Below, in pieces: positions 17,712 through 27,404 of a DNA stretch of 33,090 bases. The notes under the pieces are model-generated. The model was not told where the DNA came from, searched no databases, and was given only the letters and a program-made list of their open reading frames with translations. Both the position numbers and the translations under genes were made by a program. The stretch comes from a bacterium (GTDB lineage: Bacteria > Patescibacteriota > UBA1384 > DTJR01): positions 1 to 33,090 of the forward strand of contig JBDRAU010000029.1 in NCBI GenBank assembly GCA_043823315.1, in the 5' to 3' direction. Numbering within the stretch: position 1 is the stretch's first letter; every line of letters begins with the position of its first letter.

Positions 17712-18503
17712 TTGATAAAGGCGACTATTGTTGCAAACTGGAAGATGAATGCGACCCTGTCTGATTCTTTGGTTATATCGGGCTCCGTTTATAAAAATAC
17801 TAGAAATTACAAAAATATTGACATTGTTCTTGCTCCGCCTTCAATTTTTATCTATCCGGTTCTCGAGCATTTGCACATTAAACGCAAAAATTTCCACTTA
17901 GCTTGTCAGAATATTTATTTTGCAGATGAAGGGGAATTTACAGGAGAAATTTCTGCAAAAATGATTAAGGGTCTATGCGATTATGTTGTCTTGGGTCATT
18001 CTGAACGACGAGAGCATTTTGGCGAAACCGACGAGATGGTTAACAAAAAGATTGAATCAGCGCTTAAAAGCGGAATAACACCGATTGTTTGCATTGGAGA
18101 GAGTGAGAAGTTTCATCTCGAGGATCATTTTGACTACGAAGTAAAAAGAATGAGCTCAAGCGGAGGAATCTTGGATTCTGTCTCAAAGTGTTTGAGTGGA
18201 ATTTCTGAACTAGAAAAGGTAATAGTTGTTTATGAGCCGATTTGGGCGATTGGATCAGATAATGCTGCCTCGGGGGCATATTGTTCATCTGTCTGCTATA
18301 TTATAAAAAGTCATCTTGAAAGAAAATTTGGTGATCAGGCGGAAAAAATTAAGATTCTTTACGGTGGTTCGACTACAAGTGAAAATACTGAGGAGTTTAT
18401 GAGACAGCCGAATATCGATGGGCTTCTTGTCGGCGGATCGAGCTTAAACGCAAGAGAATTTTCGAAAATTTGTAAAATTACCAGCGAGGTTAAGGGTGGA
18501 TAA
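17712..18503 (+). CDS. tpiA: Triosephosphate isomerase
   Basis: ANWKMN, GHSERR, YEPIWAIG, LVGGSSL; TTG start after AGGGGG. Confidence 0.96.
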   Translation: MIKATIVANWKMNATLSDSLVISGSVYKNTRNYKNIDIVLAPPSIFIYPVLEHLHIKRKNFHLACQNIYFADEGEFTGEISAKMIKGLCDYVVLGHSERREHFGETDEMVNKKIESALKSGITPIVCIGESEKFHLEDHFDYEVKRMSSSGGILDSVSKCLSGISELEKVIVVYEPIWAIGSDNAASGAYCSSVCYIIKSHLERKFGDQAEKIKILYGGSTTSENTEEFMRQPNIDGLLVGGSSLNAREFSKICKITSEVKGG

Positions 18504-19620
18504 TTTCAGAAGGATACTTCGGGTTCCTCCGCACAAGACATTGCGCCGAGTGGATTTTAGGGACAAGAGAGTTTTGGTGCGCGTTGACCTAAATGTTCCT
18601 ATCGAAAATGCTACCATAGAAGATCTACGTAGAATTAATTCGGCCGTTCCTACCATCAAAAAAGTGATCGAGCGTGGGGCGAAGGAAGTAAATATCATCA
18701 CTCACTTTGGCCGTCCGCAGAAAAAAGAAGATAAATTCTCGACAAAGATTATAGCTAGGGCTCTTTCAAAATTGCTTAGAGCGAAGGGGGGAATCGAAGT
18801 AAAACACAACAAAAGCGATAGTCCTGCTCTTGATACTTTTTATCAAATCCTCCCAAACGTTAGGGTTTTTGAGAACCTGCGCTTCGACAAAGGAGAAGAG
18901 AAAAATTCAAAGGAATTCGCCAAAGAAATTGCTAAGCTTGGAGATTGCTTGGTGCAAGATGCATTTGCAAACATCCATCGCCAACATGCCTCAATGATGG
19001 CGATTTGCGACGAGCTACCTGTTTTTGTCGGTCTTTTGGTTGAAAAAGAAATCAATGCCCTCTACAAAATTCTTTACAATCCAGAACATCCTTTTATCGC
19101 CATTATAGGCGGAGCTAAAATTGAGGATAAGCTTGGGGTGATTACTTCCTTATCTAAGCGTGCCGATGCCGTCTTGATTGGCGGTATGACTGCCAATGAA
19201 TGGATACTTGATAACCATCCGGTTTCTGAAAATATTTATCTTCCTACGGATGGGATTAATAAGAATGGAGCAATTGTTGAAATGATTCCCGAGGCGATTA
19301 AAAATGGAGTTTTTGATATCGGTCCTGAAACAATCATGCTTTATAAAAGCGTTCTATCAAACGCTAAAACGATTTTCTGGAATGGTAATTTGGGGGTTAC
19401 GGAGGACAAGAAATTTGTCCATGGAACAAATGAAATCACTAGATTTATCGTTAAGCTAAAAGCCGAAAAAGTAGCTTCCGGCGGAAATACGGCAGAAGTA
19501 ATTGACGAGCTAAACTTGGCAGATCAATTTGATTTTATTTCAACTGGCGGAGGAGCAACGAGCGATTTAATAGCAGGCAAAAAAATGCCGGTGATCGATA
19601 AATTATTGGGCAGCAAATGA
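18496..19620 (+). CDS. pgk: Phosphoglycerate kinase
   Basis: RVDLNVP, HFGRP, ENLRF, GGAKIEDK, STGGGA. Confidence 0.95.
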   Translation: MDNFRRILRVPPHKTLRRVDFRDKRVLVRVDLNVPIENATIEDLRRINSAVPTIKKVIERGAKEVNIITHFGRPQKKEDKFSTKIIARALSKLLRAKGGIEVKHNKSDSPALDTFYQILPNVRVFENLRFDKGEEKNSKEFAKEIAKLGDCLVQDAFANIHRQHASMMAICDELPVFVGLLVEKEINALYKILYNPEHPFIAIIGGAKIEDKLGVITSLSKRADAVLIGGMTANEWILDNHPVSENIYLPTDGINKNGAIVEMIPEAIKNGVFDIGPETIMLYKSVLSNAKTIFWNGNLGVTEDKKFVHGTNEITRFIVKLKAEKVASGGNTAEVIDELNLADQFDFISTGGGATSDLIAGKKMPVIDKLLGSK

Positions 19621-20447
19621 GTTTAAAAGAGATTTTTAAAGAAGCATTCAAAAACAATTACGCCATTGGCGGTTTTAATTTTTTTAATTATGAATCATCC
19701 CGAGCGATCGCTAGTGCGGCAGCATCACTGAAGAAACCAGCGATTCTAATGGTTAGCGAAAAAACGATTGATTATTATGGGGTTGATAACGTTATTTTTG
19801 CATTTAATAAAGTAAAAAGAGAAACCGAGACGGAAATATTCTTGCACCTTGATCACGGTCAAGATTTGGCGCTTGTTCGCGAAGCGATCAAATTGGGTTT
19901 TGACTCGGTAATGTTTGACGGATCTAAACTGCCGATGGATCAAAATATTGAACTCTCGAAGGATTTAGCCAAGGAAGCACATCGCAAGGGTGTTTTGTTT
20001 GAGGCGGAAATCGGACACATCGGTGGCAAGGAAGACTACGTGACAAGCGAAAATTTCAAAACCAATCCGGCCGAAGCGCTGGTTTTTTACCAGGAGGTTA
20101 AGCCCGATATTTTGGCTGTCGCGATTGGCAATATTCACGGCGAAAAGACTTCTGATGAACAGCTTGACTTTACACTGCTTGGAAAAATTCAAGACACAAT
20201 TAAAGCACCGCTTGTTTTGCATGGCTGCTCAAACCGGTCTGATCGCGAATATCAAGTGGCGATTTCAGAGGGAGTTGTAAAAATTAACATCGATACTGAA
20301 CTTCGTCAAGCATTCGTCGAAGGGTTAAAGAAAGCTCTCAAAAAAGAAACCGATCCAAGAGAGATTCTAAATATTGCAAATGAACTTATAACCAAACGAA
20401 CTCGGGATAAGATAGAGGTGTTTTCAAAAGGATGCTGTAGCCGCTAA
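19617..20447 (+). CDS. fba: Class II fructose-bisphosphate aldolase
   Basis: HLDHG, SVMFDGS, GNIHG, LVLHG, KINIDTE. Confidence 0.93.
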   Translation: MSLKEIFKEAFKNNYAIGGFNFFNYESSRAIASAAASLKKPAILMVSEKTIDYYGVDNVIFAFNKVKRETETEIFLHLDHGQDLALVREAIKLGFDSVMFDGSKLPMDQNIELSKDLAKEAHRKGVLFEAEIGHIGGKEDYVTSENFKTNPAEALVFYQEVKPDILAVAIGNIHGEKTSDEQLDFTLLGKIQDTIKAPLVLHGCSNRSDREYQVAISEGVVKINIDTELRQAFVEGLKKALKKETDPREILNIANELITKRTRDKIEVFSKGCCSR

Positions 20448-20476
20448 TTCATCTCCGTGTCGTTCCTGTCCTATAT

Positions 20477-20526
20477 GTCATTCCTGCGGAACTTGTCCTC
20501 GACTCCGATCGGGGAGCAGGAATCCA
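20477..20526. repeat. GTCATTCCTGC...GCAGGAATC palindromic element with internal insert
   Basis: Same GTCATTCC..GGAATC family as 6371. Confidence 0.7.
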
Positions 20527-20663
20527 CGGGATAAATTCCGCTAGGAACCCACATAGTAAATTTCGTCGAATAATCTCTGGCTTTTGCCAGATTTTTTGAT
20601 TACTATTGAGTTAGTTAGTCGTACCTGAACAGAATTCCAACACTAGCTTACGGGTGAAGGGAG

Positions 20664-21035
20664 TTGACTGATTTGTCGAGTACAAAAGAAAAAACGCCGT
20701 TTCCAGATGACATCGAGTTTCTCGAGCTGGCCTTTACGACGAGGTTTGATCTGAAGGTCATTACGTGGAAGCGGGCCAAGGGTCTGCTTGAAGCGATGCA
20801 CCACCCAGTGCTCGTTCGTATCAAGGGCCGTGAAGAGCTCGGTGTTGTCAGTCGTAACAAGGGGAGACGCTTCTACTTCCGTGTACTTCACAACCTCACT
20901 GGCCTGCGGGATCGCAATGCCCGTGGTGGCAAAGCCTACTCGATTGGTGGGGTGCTGGAAAAGACCTATCAAGGGCTACGGTCACTTGCCGACCTTGCTA
21001 GTCTCGACTGTGATCAGTCCAGGTGGGCGGCCTAG
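20664..21035 (+). CDS. Hypothetical protein, GC-richer than neighbours
   Basis: AAGGGAG before a TTG start; followed by two GC-rich hairpins. Confidence 0.6.
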   Translation: MTDLSSTKEKTPFPDDIEFLELAFTTRFDLKVITWKRAKGLLEAMHHPVLVRIKGREELGVVSRNKGRRFYFRVLHNLTGLRDRNARGGKAYSIGGVLEKTYQGLRSLADLASLDCDQSRWAA

Positions 21036-21058
21036 TGGCTACCCGTCGCATGTGTATC

Positions 21059-21113
21059 ATGGCGCGGCCGTTCTTCGGTCGCGCCATTTCTCTAACGGCT
21101 CAATATGAGCCGT
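21059..21113 (+). terminator. Tandem hairpins / intrinsic terminator
   Basis: ATGGCGCGGCCG-TTCTT-CGGTCGCGCCAT-TTCTCT, then AACGGCTCA/TGAGCCGTT. Confidence 0.6.
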
Positions 21114-21173
21114 TGGTATTTCCATGGTTGAATAATCGGGTTTTTTTTGTTATATTCCAAAAGTAAAATAATT

Positions 21174-21247
21174 GTCATTGCGAGTGGTAACGGAGTAATC
21201 TAAAACTAGATATAGATTGCCGCGCCATACTAATGGCTCGCAATGAC
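21174..21247. repeat. GTCATTGCGAG...CTCGCAATGAC palindromic element in tig leader
   Basis: 11-bp perfect terminal stem; relative of the prmC insert. Confidence 0.8.
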
Positions 21248-21271
21248 GCGAGTTTTAAGGATTGTCAAAAA

Positions 21272-22468
21272 ATGAAATCAGAAAAAAAACAACTTTCAAA
21301 AAACAGAATTAAATTAACTATTACTGTTGAAGCTAGTAAAGTCGAAGAATATTTTGAATCTCATTATAAACGTTTGGCGCCAACAGCAAATCTTCAGGGT
21401 TTTAGACCCGGCAAAGCGCCGCGCGTTATGACGATTGAAGCCATAGGACAAAGTCGTCTTACTAATCTTACCTTGGAGTCGGCGATTGACGAAGCTTATC
21501 GCGCGGCGCTTCAAGAGCACAAAACTTATCCTGTGACACAGCCGGCAATTACAATTAGCAAGCATCCCAAACTTGATGGAACGAGTGAAGGAAATGATCT
21601 AGCTTTTGAAGTAGAATTTGATATCTTGCCGGAAGCTAAAATTGGCAATTACAAAAAAATTAAAGTCAGCAAGATAGACCCAAAAACTACAGAAGTTACC
21701 AACGAGGAAGTTGAAAAAGTTGTCGATTATCTGCGCCGCCAAGCGTCAAAGTTAAATCCGATCGAGCGCGGAGCAAAAACAGGCGACTGGGCTGATATTT
21801 CATTTGAAGGATCGATAAAAGGCGTCAAAAAAGACAAGCTCACCAGCCCATCTCTTCCCATGGTTATCGGTGATACCAAGATGATCCCGGGGTTTGAAGG
21901 GAAGCTGGTCGGTATGAAAAAAGACGAAGAAAAGCAATTTGATATTAATTTCCCGAAAGATTTTCAGGACAAAGAGTTTGCTAGCGCTAAAGTAAATTTT
22001 AAGCTCAAGCTCAAGGAACTTCGCGAAGTTATTTTGCCTGAAATCGATGGCGAGTTCTTGAAGCGATTCGGTCTCAAAAAGATTGATGAGCTCAAGACGA
22101 ATATCAAAAAAGGACTTGAAGGAGAGAAAAAGGAACAGGCCAGAGGGCAACAGATTTCTGAAATTTCCGAGCAACTGATCAAAATCACAAAAGTGGAAAT
22201 TCCCAAAAGTCTTATCGATAGTGAAAGCCAAAGAATGAAAAATGTTTTGGCTTCCGACCTCTCCCAAAAAGGTCTGACGCTCGACAAATATATTGAGTCA
22301 CTTAAAATTACGCAAAAAAAATTCGATGAAGATCTACTTGGACAAGCCAAGCGAAACATTCTTCTGGGCGTTGCAATTGGCGAGATAGCCAAAAAAGAAA
22401 AAATCGAAGTAAATTCCAAAGAAGGAACTAGAAGAGTGTTCGATTATCTTATCGAAAGCGCTAAGTAG
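21272..22468 (+). CDS. tig: Trigger factor
   Basis: GFRPGKAP ribosome-binding motif and FKBP-like MIPGFE; the ORF-track extension to 21233 derives from the repeat. Confidence 0.95.
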   Translation: MKSEKKQLSKNRIKLTITVEASKVEEYFESHYKRLAPTANLQGFRPGKAPRVMTIEAIGQSRLTNLTLESAIDEAYRAALQEHKTYPVTQPAITISKHPKLDGTSEGNDLAFEVEFDILPEAKIGNYKKIKVSKIDPKTTEVTNEEVEKVVDYLRRQASKLNPIERGAKTGDWADISFEGSIKGVKKDKLTSPSLPMVIGDTKMIPGFEGKLVGMKKDEEKQFDINFPKDFQDKEFASAKVNFKLKLKELREVILPEIDGEFLKRFGLKKIDELKTNIKKGLEGEKKEQARGQQISEISEQLIKITKVEIPKSLIDSESQRMKNVLASDLSQKGLTLDKYIESLKITQKKFDEDLLGQAKRNILLGVAIGEIAKKEKIEVNSKEGTRRVFDYLIESAK

Positions 22469-22470
22469 AG

Positions 22471-23340
22471 CTAGAACTTAACTTTAAAATTTCCGATACC
22501 TTGATCGAAAATTTTTACTATTCGGGGTGAGTGTTTTTCGGGAACAAACCTGTATGTCCCCGGAGCAAAGAAAAGCCTTAGGGCTCCCTCGGGACTGGTT
22601 TTTGAAGATTTTAGCAATCGATGGTCTTTAGAAAAAATTTCAATTTGCTCGCTTCTAAGCGGTCTATTTTTGAAACTGTATGTTCTGATTGACCGGATGA
22701 CGAGATAAAATCTGAAAGATAGATACAACGAAAAGCCGAACAGGGCGATAAGAGTTAGCTGAAGCGATAGATTCAGGTTTAAATATGCTACAAGAAGTTG
22801 TGTTAATGATAAAATTGCTAGCGAGAAGGAGAGGGTTAGGTTTAAGACGCTGAATTTAACGGCGAGACTCGACTCTTTAATATCTTCGGATCTGCGCAGC
22901 GTGAGATTGAATTTGAGTTTTTCTTTATCTAGAGAAAAGGTGTCGGTTGAGGATGGCTCGTAACCGAATTTGTTAAGCGTTATCTGATAATGATCGGAGC
23001 TCTTGAGGGAAAGCGAAAGGTTAGGCGATTTACTGTAGAGTTCTTTGATTAACTTTTCACCTTTAAAAATGGAACATTTGGCAAAATTGAGCGGGCGGCC
23101 AAGATCATCTTCGATCTCAATAAAAACATTTTTCTTTTTACCTTGAATCGTGGGGATGAAAAAACGCAAGGATAGATCGGGTGAATTTTTGATAAAAAAA
23201 TAATAAAGCAAACTGCAAAGCCCGACAAGAATGGCTAATACAAATAATATAACTAAATTGGTTTGCAGATCCTCTAGTGAAGAAGTGTTGGAATTGAGTG
23301 TCTGAAGTCCATTGTCGGTAACAGAAAAAAATGCGAACAT
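22471..23340 (-). CDS. Hypothetical membrane protein (about 3 TM, beta-sandwich-like soluble domains)
   Basis: 289-aa ORF with hydrophobic segments; TGGTATAAT 6 nt upstream of the ATG. Confidence 0.75.
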   Translation of the reverse strand: MFAFFSVTDNGLQTLNSNTSSLEDLQTNLVILFVLAILVGLCSLLYYFFIKNSPDLSLRFFIPTIQGKKKNVFIEIEDDLGRPLNFAKCSIFKGEKLIKELYSKSPNLSLSLKSSDHYQITLNKFGYEPSSTDTFSLDKEKLKFNLTLRRSEDIKESSLAVKFSVLNLTLSFSLAILSLTQLLVAYLNLNLSLQLTLIALFGFSLYLSFRFYLVIRSIRTYSFKNRPLRSEQIEIFSKDHRLLKSSKTSPEGALRLFFAPGTYRFVPEKHSPRIVKIFDQGIGNFKVKF

Positions 23341-23432
23341 ATATTTATTATACCAGAGGGTAGGGAGCTTTGCTTCTTGACTTTAAAGCGTTAAAGTGGT
23401 TAAATTTAATCTCGAATAAAACAGAGGAGCAT

Positions 23433-24008
23433 ATGAGTTATCTAATCCCAACAGTTATCGAGAAGAGTCAGTTTGGCGAGAGAGCTTACGATATTTATTC
23501 GCGACTTCTAAAAGAGCGAATCATTTTTCTGGGCGGACCGGTTGATGACGATGTTGCTAATATCGTGATTGCACAACTTTTGTTTTTGCAAAGCGAGTCT
23601 GACAAAGAGGATATCAAATTTTATATCAATTCTCCCGGTGGATCTGTTACAGCGACGCTGGCAATTTACGACACAATGAAGCACGTCAAATGCGATGTTT
23701 CGACTGTTTGTGTGGGGCAAGCAGCCTCGGGTGCGGCAGTTTTGTTGGCCGGAGGAAAAAAGGGTAAGAGGTTTTCGCTTAAAAATTCGCGCGTGATGAT
23801 CCACCAGCCGCTTGGTGGGATCGAGGGTCAAGCGACCGATATCCAAATTCATGCCGAGGAAATTTTGAAAATCAAAGATAAATTAAACGACATTCTTGCT
23901 AGGGAAACCGGAAAGAGTAAAAAACAGGTTGAAGCCGATACCGAAAGGGATCGCTTCATGACCGCCGACGAAGCCAAGAAATACGGTCTCATCGATAAGG
24001 TTATTTAG
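23433..24008 (+). CDS. clpP: ATP-dependent Clp protease proteolytic subunit
   Basis: [37 protein letters not shown]; GAGGAG RBS. Confidence 0.97.
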   Translation: MSYLIPTVIEKSQFGERAYDIYSRLLKERIIFLGGPVDDDVANIVIAQLLFLQSESDKEDIKFYINSPGGSVTATLAIYDTMKHVKCDVSTVCVGQAASGAAVLLAGGKKGKRFSLKNSRVMIHQPLGGIEGQATDIQIHAEEILKIKDKLNDILARETGKSKKQVEADTERDRFMTADEAKKYGLIDKVI

Positions 24009-24015
24009 GAGATAT

Positions 24016-24984
24016 ATGAAAGCACAAGAGATATTTGATCTGGCGGTAAAAATCGGGATTAAAAACGACCCGCGGGGAAAAGTGGAAGTCGAGAAGTTCT
24101 TGAAATCGGCCAAGAAAGACTACAGTGATCTTCCCGAAAAAAAGAAAAAAGAATTCGATAAGGAAAGATTTACTAATCCCTACTCTGATTCTAGGTTTTT
24201 AGTTGGCGATAAAAACAAACGCGTTAAACGTGTTTTAGTCGGAATCGATCCTGCAACGAGTATGGTTCTTTTGGCCAAAGAGCTCGAGCGCATGGGCAAG
24301 CCGATTGATTTAATCATTGCTCACCATCCAGCCGGAAAGGCGCTAGCCGATCTTCACGAAGTAATGGATCTTCAAACCAGTGTTTACTCCAAGGCAGGTG
24401 TTCCTGAAAACATTGCCGAGGGTATCGTTAGAGAGCAAGTGGAGGATGTCTCGAGGAGAATTGCGCCGGTTAACCACTATGATCCGACGATGGCGGCCGA
24501 GCTTCTCGGGATTTCGATGATCAATATTCACACTCCAGCAGATAACTGTGTTTGGAAATATGTTGAGGATTTTTTAAGCAAGAAAAAGCCGTCTCGGGTT
24601 GGTGAACTTGTTGAAACTCTCAAGGAGATTCCCGAGTACAAAAAAGCGACCGAACTCTCTGCCGGACCAGTTATTTTTTCGGGGAGCGAAAGATCACGTT
24701 GCGGTAAAATTGTTATCTCCGGAATGACGGGTGGAACTTCGGGCAAAGGCAGTGAAAAAATTTATGAACGGATGGCACACTATGGCGTCGGCACGGAAGT
24801 TGCAATGCATGTTTCTGACGAAGATCGTCTCGAAGCGGTCAAGCACTATGTTAACATTGTTATTGCTGGCCACATCGCTTCCGACTCGCTTGGACTTAAT
24901 TTGATCTTAGACGAAGTTGAGAAGAAAAAAATTGAAATTATCCCCTGCTCGGGATTTATAAGGCACTCCAGAGTAAAAAAATAA
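24016..24984 (+). CDS. NIF3-like metal-binding protein
   Basis: DLIIAHHP, HTPADN, AGHIASD motifs. Confidence 0.8.
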   Translation: MKAQEIFDLAVKIGIKNDPRGKVEVEKFLKSAKKDYSDLPEKKKKEFDKERFTNPYSDSRFLVGDKNKRVKRVLVGIDPATSMVLLAKELERMGKPIDLIIAHHPAGKALADLHEVMDLQTSVYSKAGVPENIAEGIVREQVEDVSRRIAPVNHYDPTMAAELLGISMINIHTPADNCVWKYVEDFLSKKKPSRVGELVETLKEIPEYKKATELSAGPVIFSGSERSRCGKIVISGMTGGTSGKGSEKIYERMAHYGVGTEVAMHVSDEDRLEAVKHYVNIVIAGHIASDSLGLNLILDEVEKKKIEIIPCSGFIRHSRVKK

Positions 24985-25015
24985 CTCTACTGTGATATTA
25001 TTAAATAGAGGAACC

Positions 25016-25501
25016 ATGGATTTTTTGGATTTAGTTAAGAAGAGGCATTCGGTCAGGGTTTATCAAAACAAAAGAATTCCTGACGAGGATATTAAATATA
25101 TTTTAGAGTGTGCCAGGCTTTCGCCGAGCGCTTTTAACGTGCAGGATTTTCGTTTTGAAGTTACAGCAAATCGCGAAACAATTGGGAAAATTGCTAAAGC
25201 GACCGAAATGGTTTTCATTAAATCGGCTCCGGCGGTGGTTTTGGCTATCGGACTTGATGAGGAAAATAAATACAATATTACTGACGTCGCCATCGCTCTT
25301 GACCATCTTCAACTTGCGGCGGCGGAGAAAGAAATCGGCTCCTGCTGGGTGGGAACGCTCGGGCATTGGAATGTCGAGGAAGCCTTGAATTTGCCCGAGA
25401 ACGAAAAAGTTTATGCAGTGATGCCGCTTGGCTATGATGCCGGTAAGCTCTTGATCAAAAAGCGTAAAAGTTTCGAAGAACTATTTAAAATAGAAAAATG
25501 A
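25016..25501 (+). CDS. Nitroreductase-family protein
   Basis: RHSVRVY, SPSAFNVQ, IGSCWVG, LGY. Confidence 0.9.
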   Translation: MDFLDLVKKRHSVRVYQNKRIPDEDIKYILECARLSPSAFNVQDFRFEVTANRETIGKIAKATEMVFIKSAPAVVLAIGLDEENKYNITDVAIALDHLQLAAAEKEIGSCWVGTLGHWNVEEALNLPENEKVYAVMPLGYDAGKLLIKKRKSFEELFKIEK

Positions 25502-25932
25502 AGTGTTTATGTAACTGTCCCGAAAATCAAGTCAATGCCAAAGTAGCGAGATTAAATGCTCTTTGGACTTTGGTTTTGGCGATACTCTTTATTTTCGTTT
25601 GGCGATGGACTGCTTATATTTTATTCTTGGACTTTTTCCTAAAAGCAATTTTTCATCCGCGCTATTCACCGATTAGCCGCTTAAATAGCTGGTTCTTAAA
25701 AGTTCTCAAAATTGAGCCGAAACTTATTTTTGCCCCGCCAAAACTTTTTGCTGCTAAGGTGGGTTTTATATTTTCTGCCATAGTCATCATTTTGTATTTG
25801 CTCGATTATATTCTGGCGGCGCAGATTTTTGCCGGAGTTCTAGCCCTTTTTGCATTTTTGGAATTTGCTTTTGAATTCTGTATGGGATGCTGGGCCTACG
25901 AAATAATTCAAAAGTTAAAAGTCAAAAATTAA
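25498..25932 (+). CDS. DUF4395-like membrane protein
   Basis: RLNA, PKLFAAKVG, EFAFEFCMGCW. Confidence 0.8.
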   Translation: MKCLCNCPENQVNAKVARLNALWTLVLAILFIFVWRWTAYILFLDFFLKAIFHPRYSPISRLNSWFLKVLKIEPKLIFAPPKLFAAKVGFIFSAIVIILYLLDYILAAQIFAGVLALFAFLEFAFEFCMGCWAYEIIQKLKVKN

Positions 25933-25949
25933 GGAGTTGCTTTGCAATA

Positions 25950-25978
25950 TTGATTTTTGATGCAAGTTTTGCTAAATT
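25950..25978 (+). promoter_or_regulatory. Putative promoter for 26024 gene
   Basis: TTGATT-17 bp-TAAATT with TG extension. Confidence 0.4.
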
Positions 25979-26023
25979 ATTAAAGCGCGTAAGGCGCTTT
26001 TTAGGTTAACTTCGAGGGAGGAA

Positions 26024-26740
26024 ATGATGGAGCTGAAAGCACAGTTTGACCAAGGGCAGGCAGCAATCGCTCGTCTCGCAAAGGGCGAATACGATCTAGC
26101 GGAAGCAACCAAGATTGGAGACAAGACGCTTGGCTGTATCGACGAGGGCATCGAGTATGCTTGTTATCGGTTGGCCGGTTCGGGACGACTTCTGGGCGAA
26201 GAGCAAGCCGTTGCTCTCGTAGAGAAGTTTGGGCTTGATGTCGGCTATCACTCCGATTGCGGAGCGGTCCGCAAGTATCTTGTGGAAGGCGCTGGGGTTT
26301 TGGATCCGAGCGATGAAGAAGTGGATGCGGAAGCGAAGCGCTGGAGTGAGCAGATCGCCAGGATGGCGAAAACGAAAGCAGTCGAAATGCCGCTGGAGCG
26401 GCCCGAGCATCACATTGCTCTTTGCGCCTATTACGATGGCACGGGACAGATGACTTCGTGCAAAGGCTTGCCGCTCGGGTTTATCGTCAGCCGCACCATT
26501 TTGCCGCATGATTATGCGATAGCAGAAATGGTGACGGCAACCGACATTGCCACGAACCACGGCTTCAACGACCTGTTCACCCACGAACATCCGTTCCTAC
26601 TCGTTGCAGTTGGGCGCGATCAAGATCAGGCCCAAGAGCTCGAAGAAGAACTCAAGACTCATGCTCTGAGGCAGCTGACAGAATCCCAACAGGGTCGCGT
26701 CAAAGTGATCTCGATTCACCTCCAACGGATTCGCCTTTAG
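26024..26740 (+). CDS. Hypothetical protein with carbonic-anhydrase-like CxD...HxxC motif
   Basis: LGCIDEG and YHSDCGA; GGGAGG RBS; own terminator. Confidence 0.7.
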   Translation: MMELKAQFDQGQAAIARLAKGEYDLAEATKIGDKTLGCIDEGIEYACYRLAGSGRLLGEEQAVALVEKFGLDVGYHSDCGAVRKYLVEGAGVLDPSDEEVDAEAKRWSEQIARMAKTKAVEMPLERPEHHIALCAYYDGTGQMTSCKGLPLGFIVSRTILPHDYAIAEMVTATDIATNHGFNDLFTHEHPFLLVAVGRDQDQAQELEEELKTHALRQLTESQQGRVKVISIHLQRIRL

Positions 26741-26748
26741 CGTATTTC

Positions 26749-26785
26749 CGTCCCGACCCGCTCAGCGGCGTCGGGACGTTTGTTT
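26749..26785 (+). terminator. Intrinsic terminator
   Basis: CGTCCCGAC...GTCGGGACG stem followed by TTTGTTT. Confidence 0.7.
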
Positions 26786-26813
26786 CTAAGCCAATCTTTA
26801 AAAACTGCAGATT

Positions 26814-26848
26814 CTGGCATAAAATTGACGGCCGTTAATTTTATGCCG
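26814..26848. repeat. Left 35-bp palindromic repeat (contains the promoter -35)
   Basis: CTGGCATAAAATTGACGGCCGTTAATTTTATGCCG; TTGACG (26825-30), 18 bp, TATAAT (26849-54). Confidence 0.95.
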
Positions 26849-26863
26849 TATAATTAACTGATA

Positions 26864-27403
26864 ATGGAAAATAGAATTTCTTCCTCGGCAAAACTTCTCT
26901 CTGAAATTTTTGATTTAAGCAGAGCAGAATCCTCTCTAGGAGCTTTTTTATTTAGTTTTGGATCAGCTCGAATTCTCTCGCAAAATATGCGCATGACCAA
27001 TGAGCAGTTTAGAAGTTCTTTTCGCGGTCTGCAAAAAAACGGCTATATTAAAAAAATAAATGAGAACCAGTTTCTCATTACACCAAAATCTCTCGCAAAA
27101 GTTCGAGTTTTGAAAATTATCAGTGATGACTGGACTAAGGGAAAATGGGATGGCTGGTGGAGAATTATAGTTTTTGATATTCCAGAAAAGACGAGAAGTC
27201 AACGTAATATCTTTAGATCGCTGCTTAAGCGGAAGGGTTTTATTGGTATTCAAGGAAGCGTTTTTATTGCTCCGTTTGCTGAGTTTGAGGAGCTTGCAAA
27301 ATTAAGAAAAGATTTAAAAATTGAAAAGTATGTTTCATTCTTTAGGTCAAAAAGTGCTGAGACTGACGACGACCGTCTATTAAAGAAAAAGTTTAAATTA
27401 TAG
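26864..27403 (+). CDS. PaaX-like protein (wHTH plus Cas2-like domain)
   Basis: LQKNGYI..FLITPK wHTH-like segment; KWDGWWRIIVFDIPE..R..FR..L...GF..IQGSVF typical of the PaaX central/Cas2-like domain. Confidence 0.85.
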   Translation: MENRISSSAKLLSEIFDLSRAESSLGAFLFSFGSARILSQNMRMTNEQFRSSFRGLQKNGYIKKINENQFLITPKSLAKVRVLKIISDDWTKGKWDGWWRIIVFDIPEKTRSQRNIFRSLLKRKGFIGIQGSVFIAPFAEFEELAKLRKDLKIEKYVSFFRSKSAETDDDRLLKKKFKL

Positions 27404-27404
27404 T

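Noticed and set aside
21233-21271. N-terminal extension of trigger factor (also longer ORF-track starts at 81, 2301, 3950, 8356, 23370, 24992, 29111)
   Set aside because: The extensions come from repeats or overlaps; downstream ATGs fit homolog N-termini, RBSs or stop-start coupling better
26096-26590. 164-aa antisense ORF and similar shadow ORFs (21800-22419, 28541-28999, 20643-20972)
   Set aside because: They overlap better-supported genes that have motifs, an RBS or a terminator; long alternative frames are expected from codon bias and high GC
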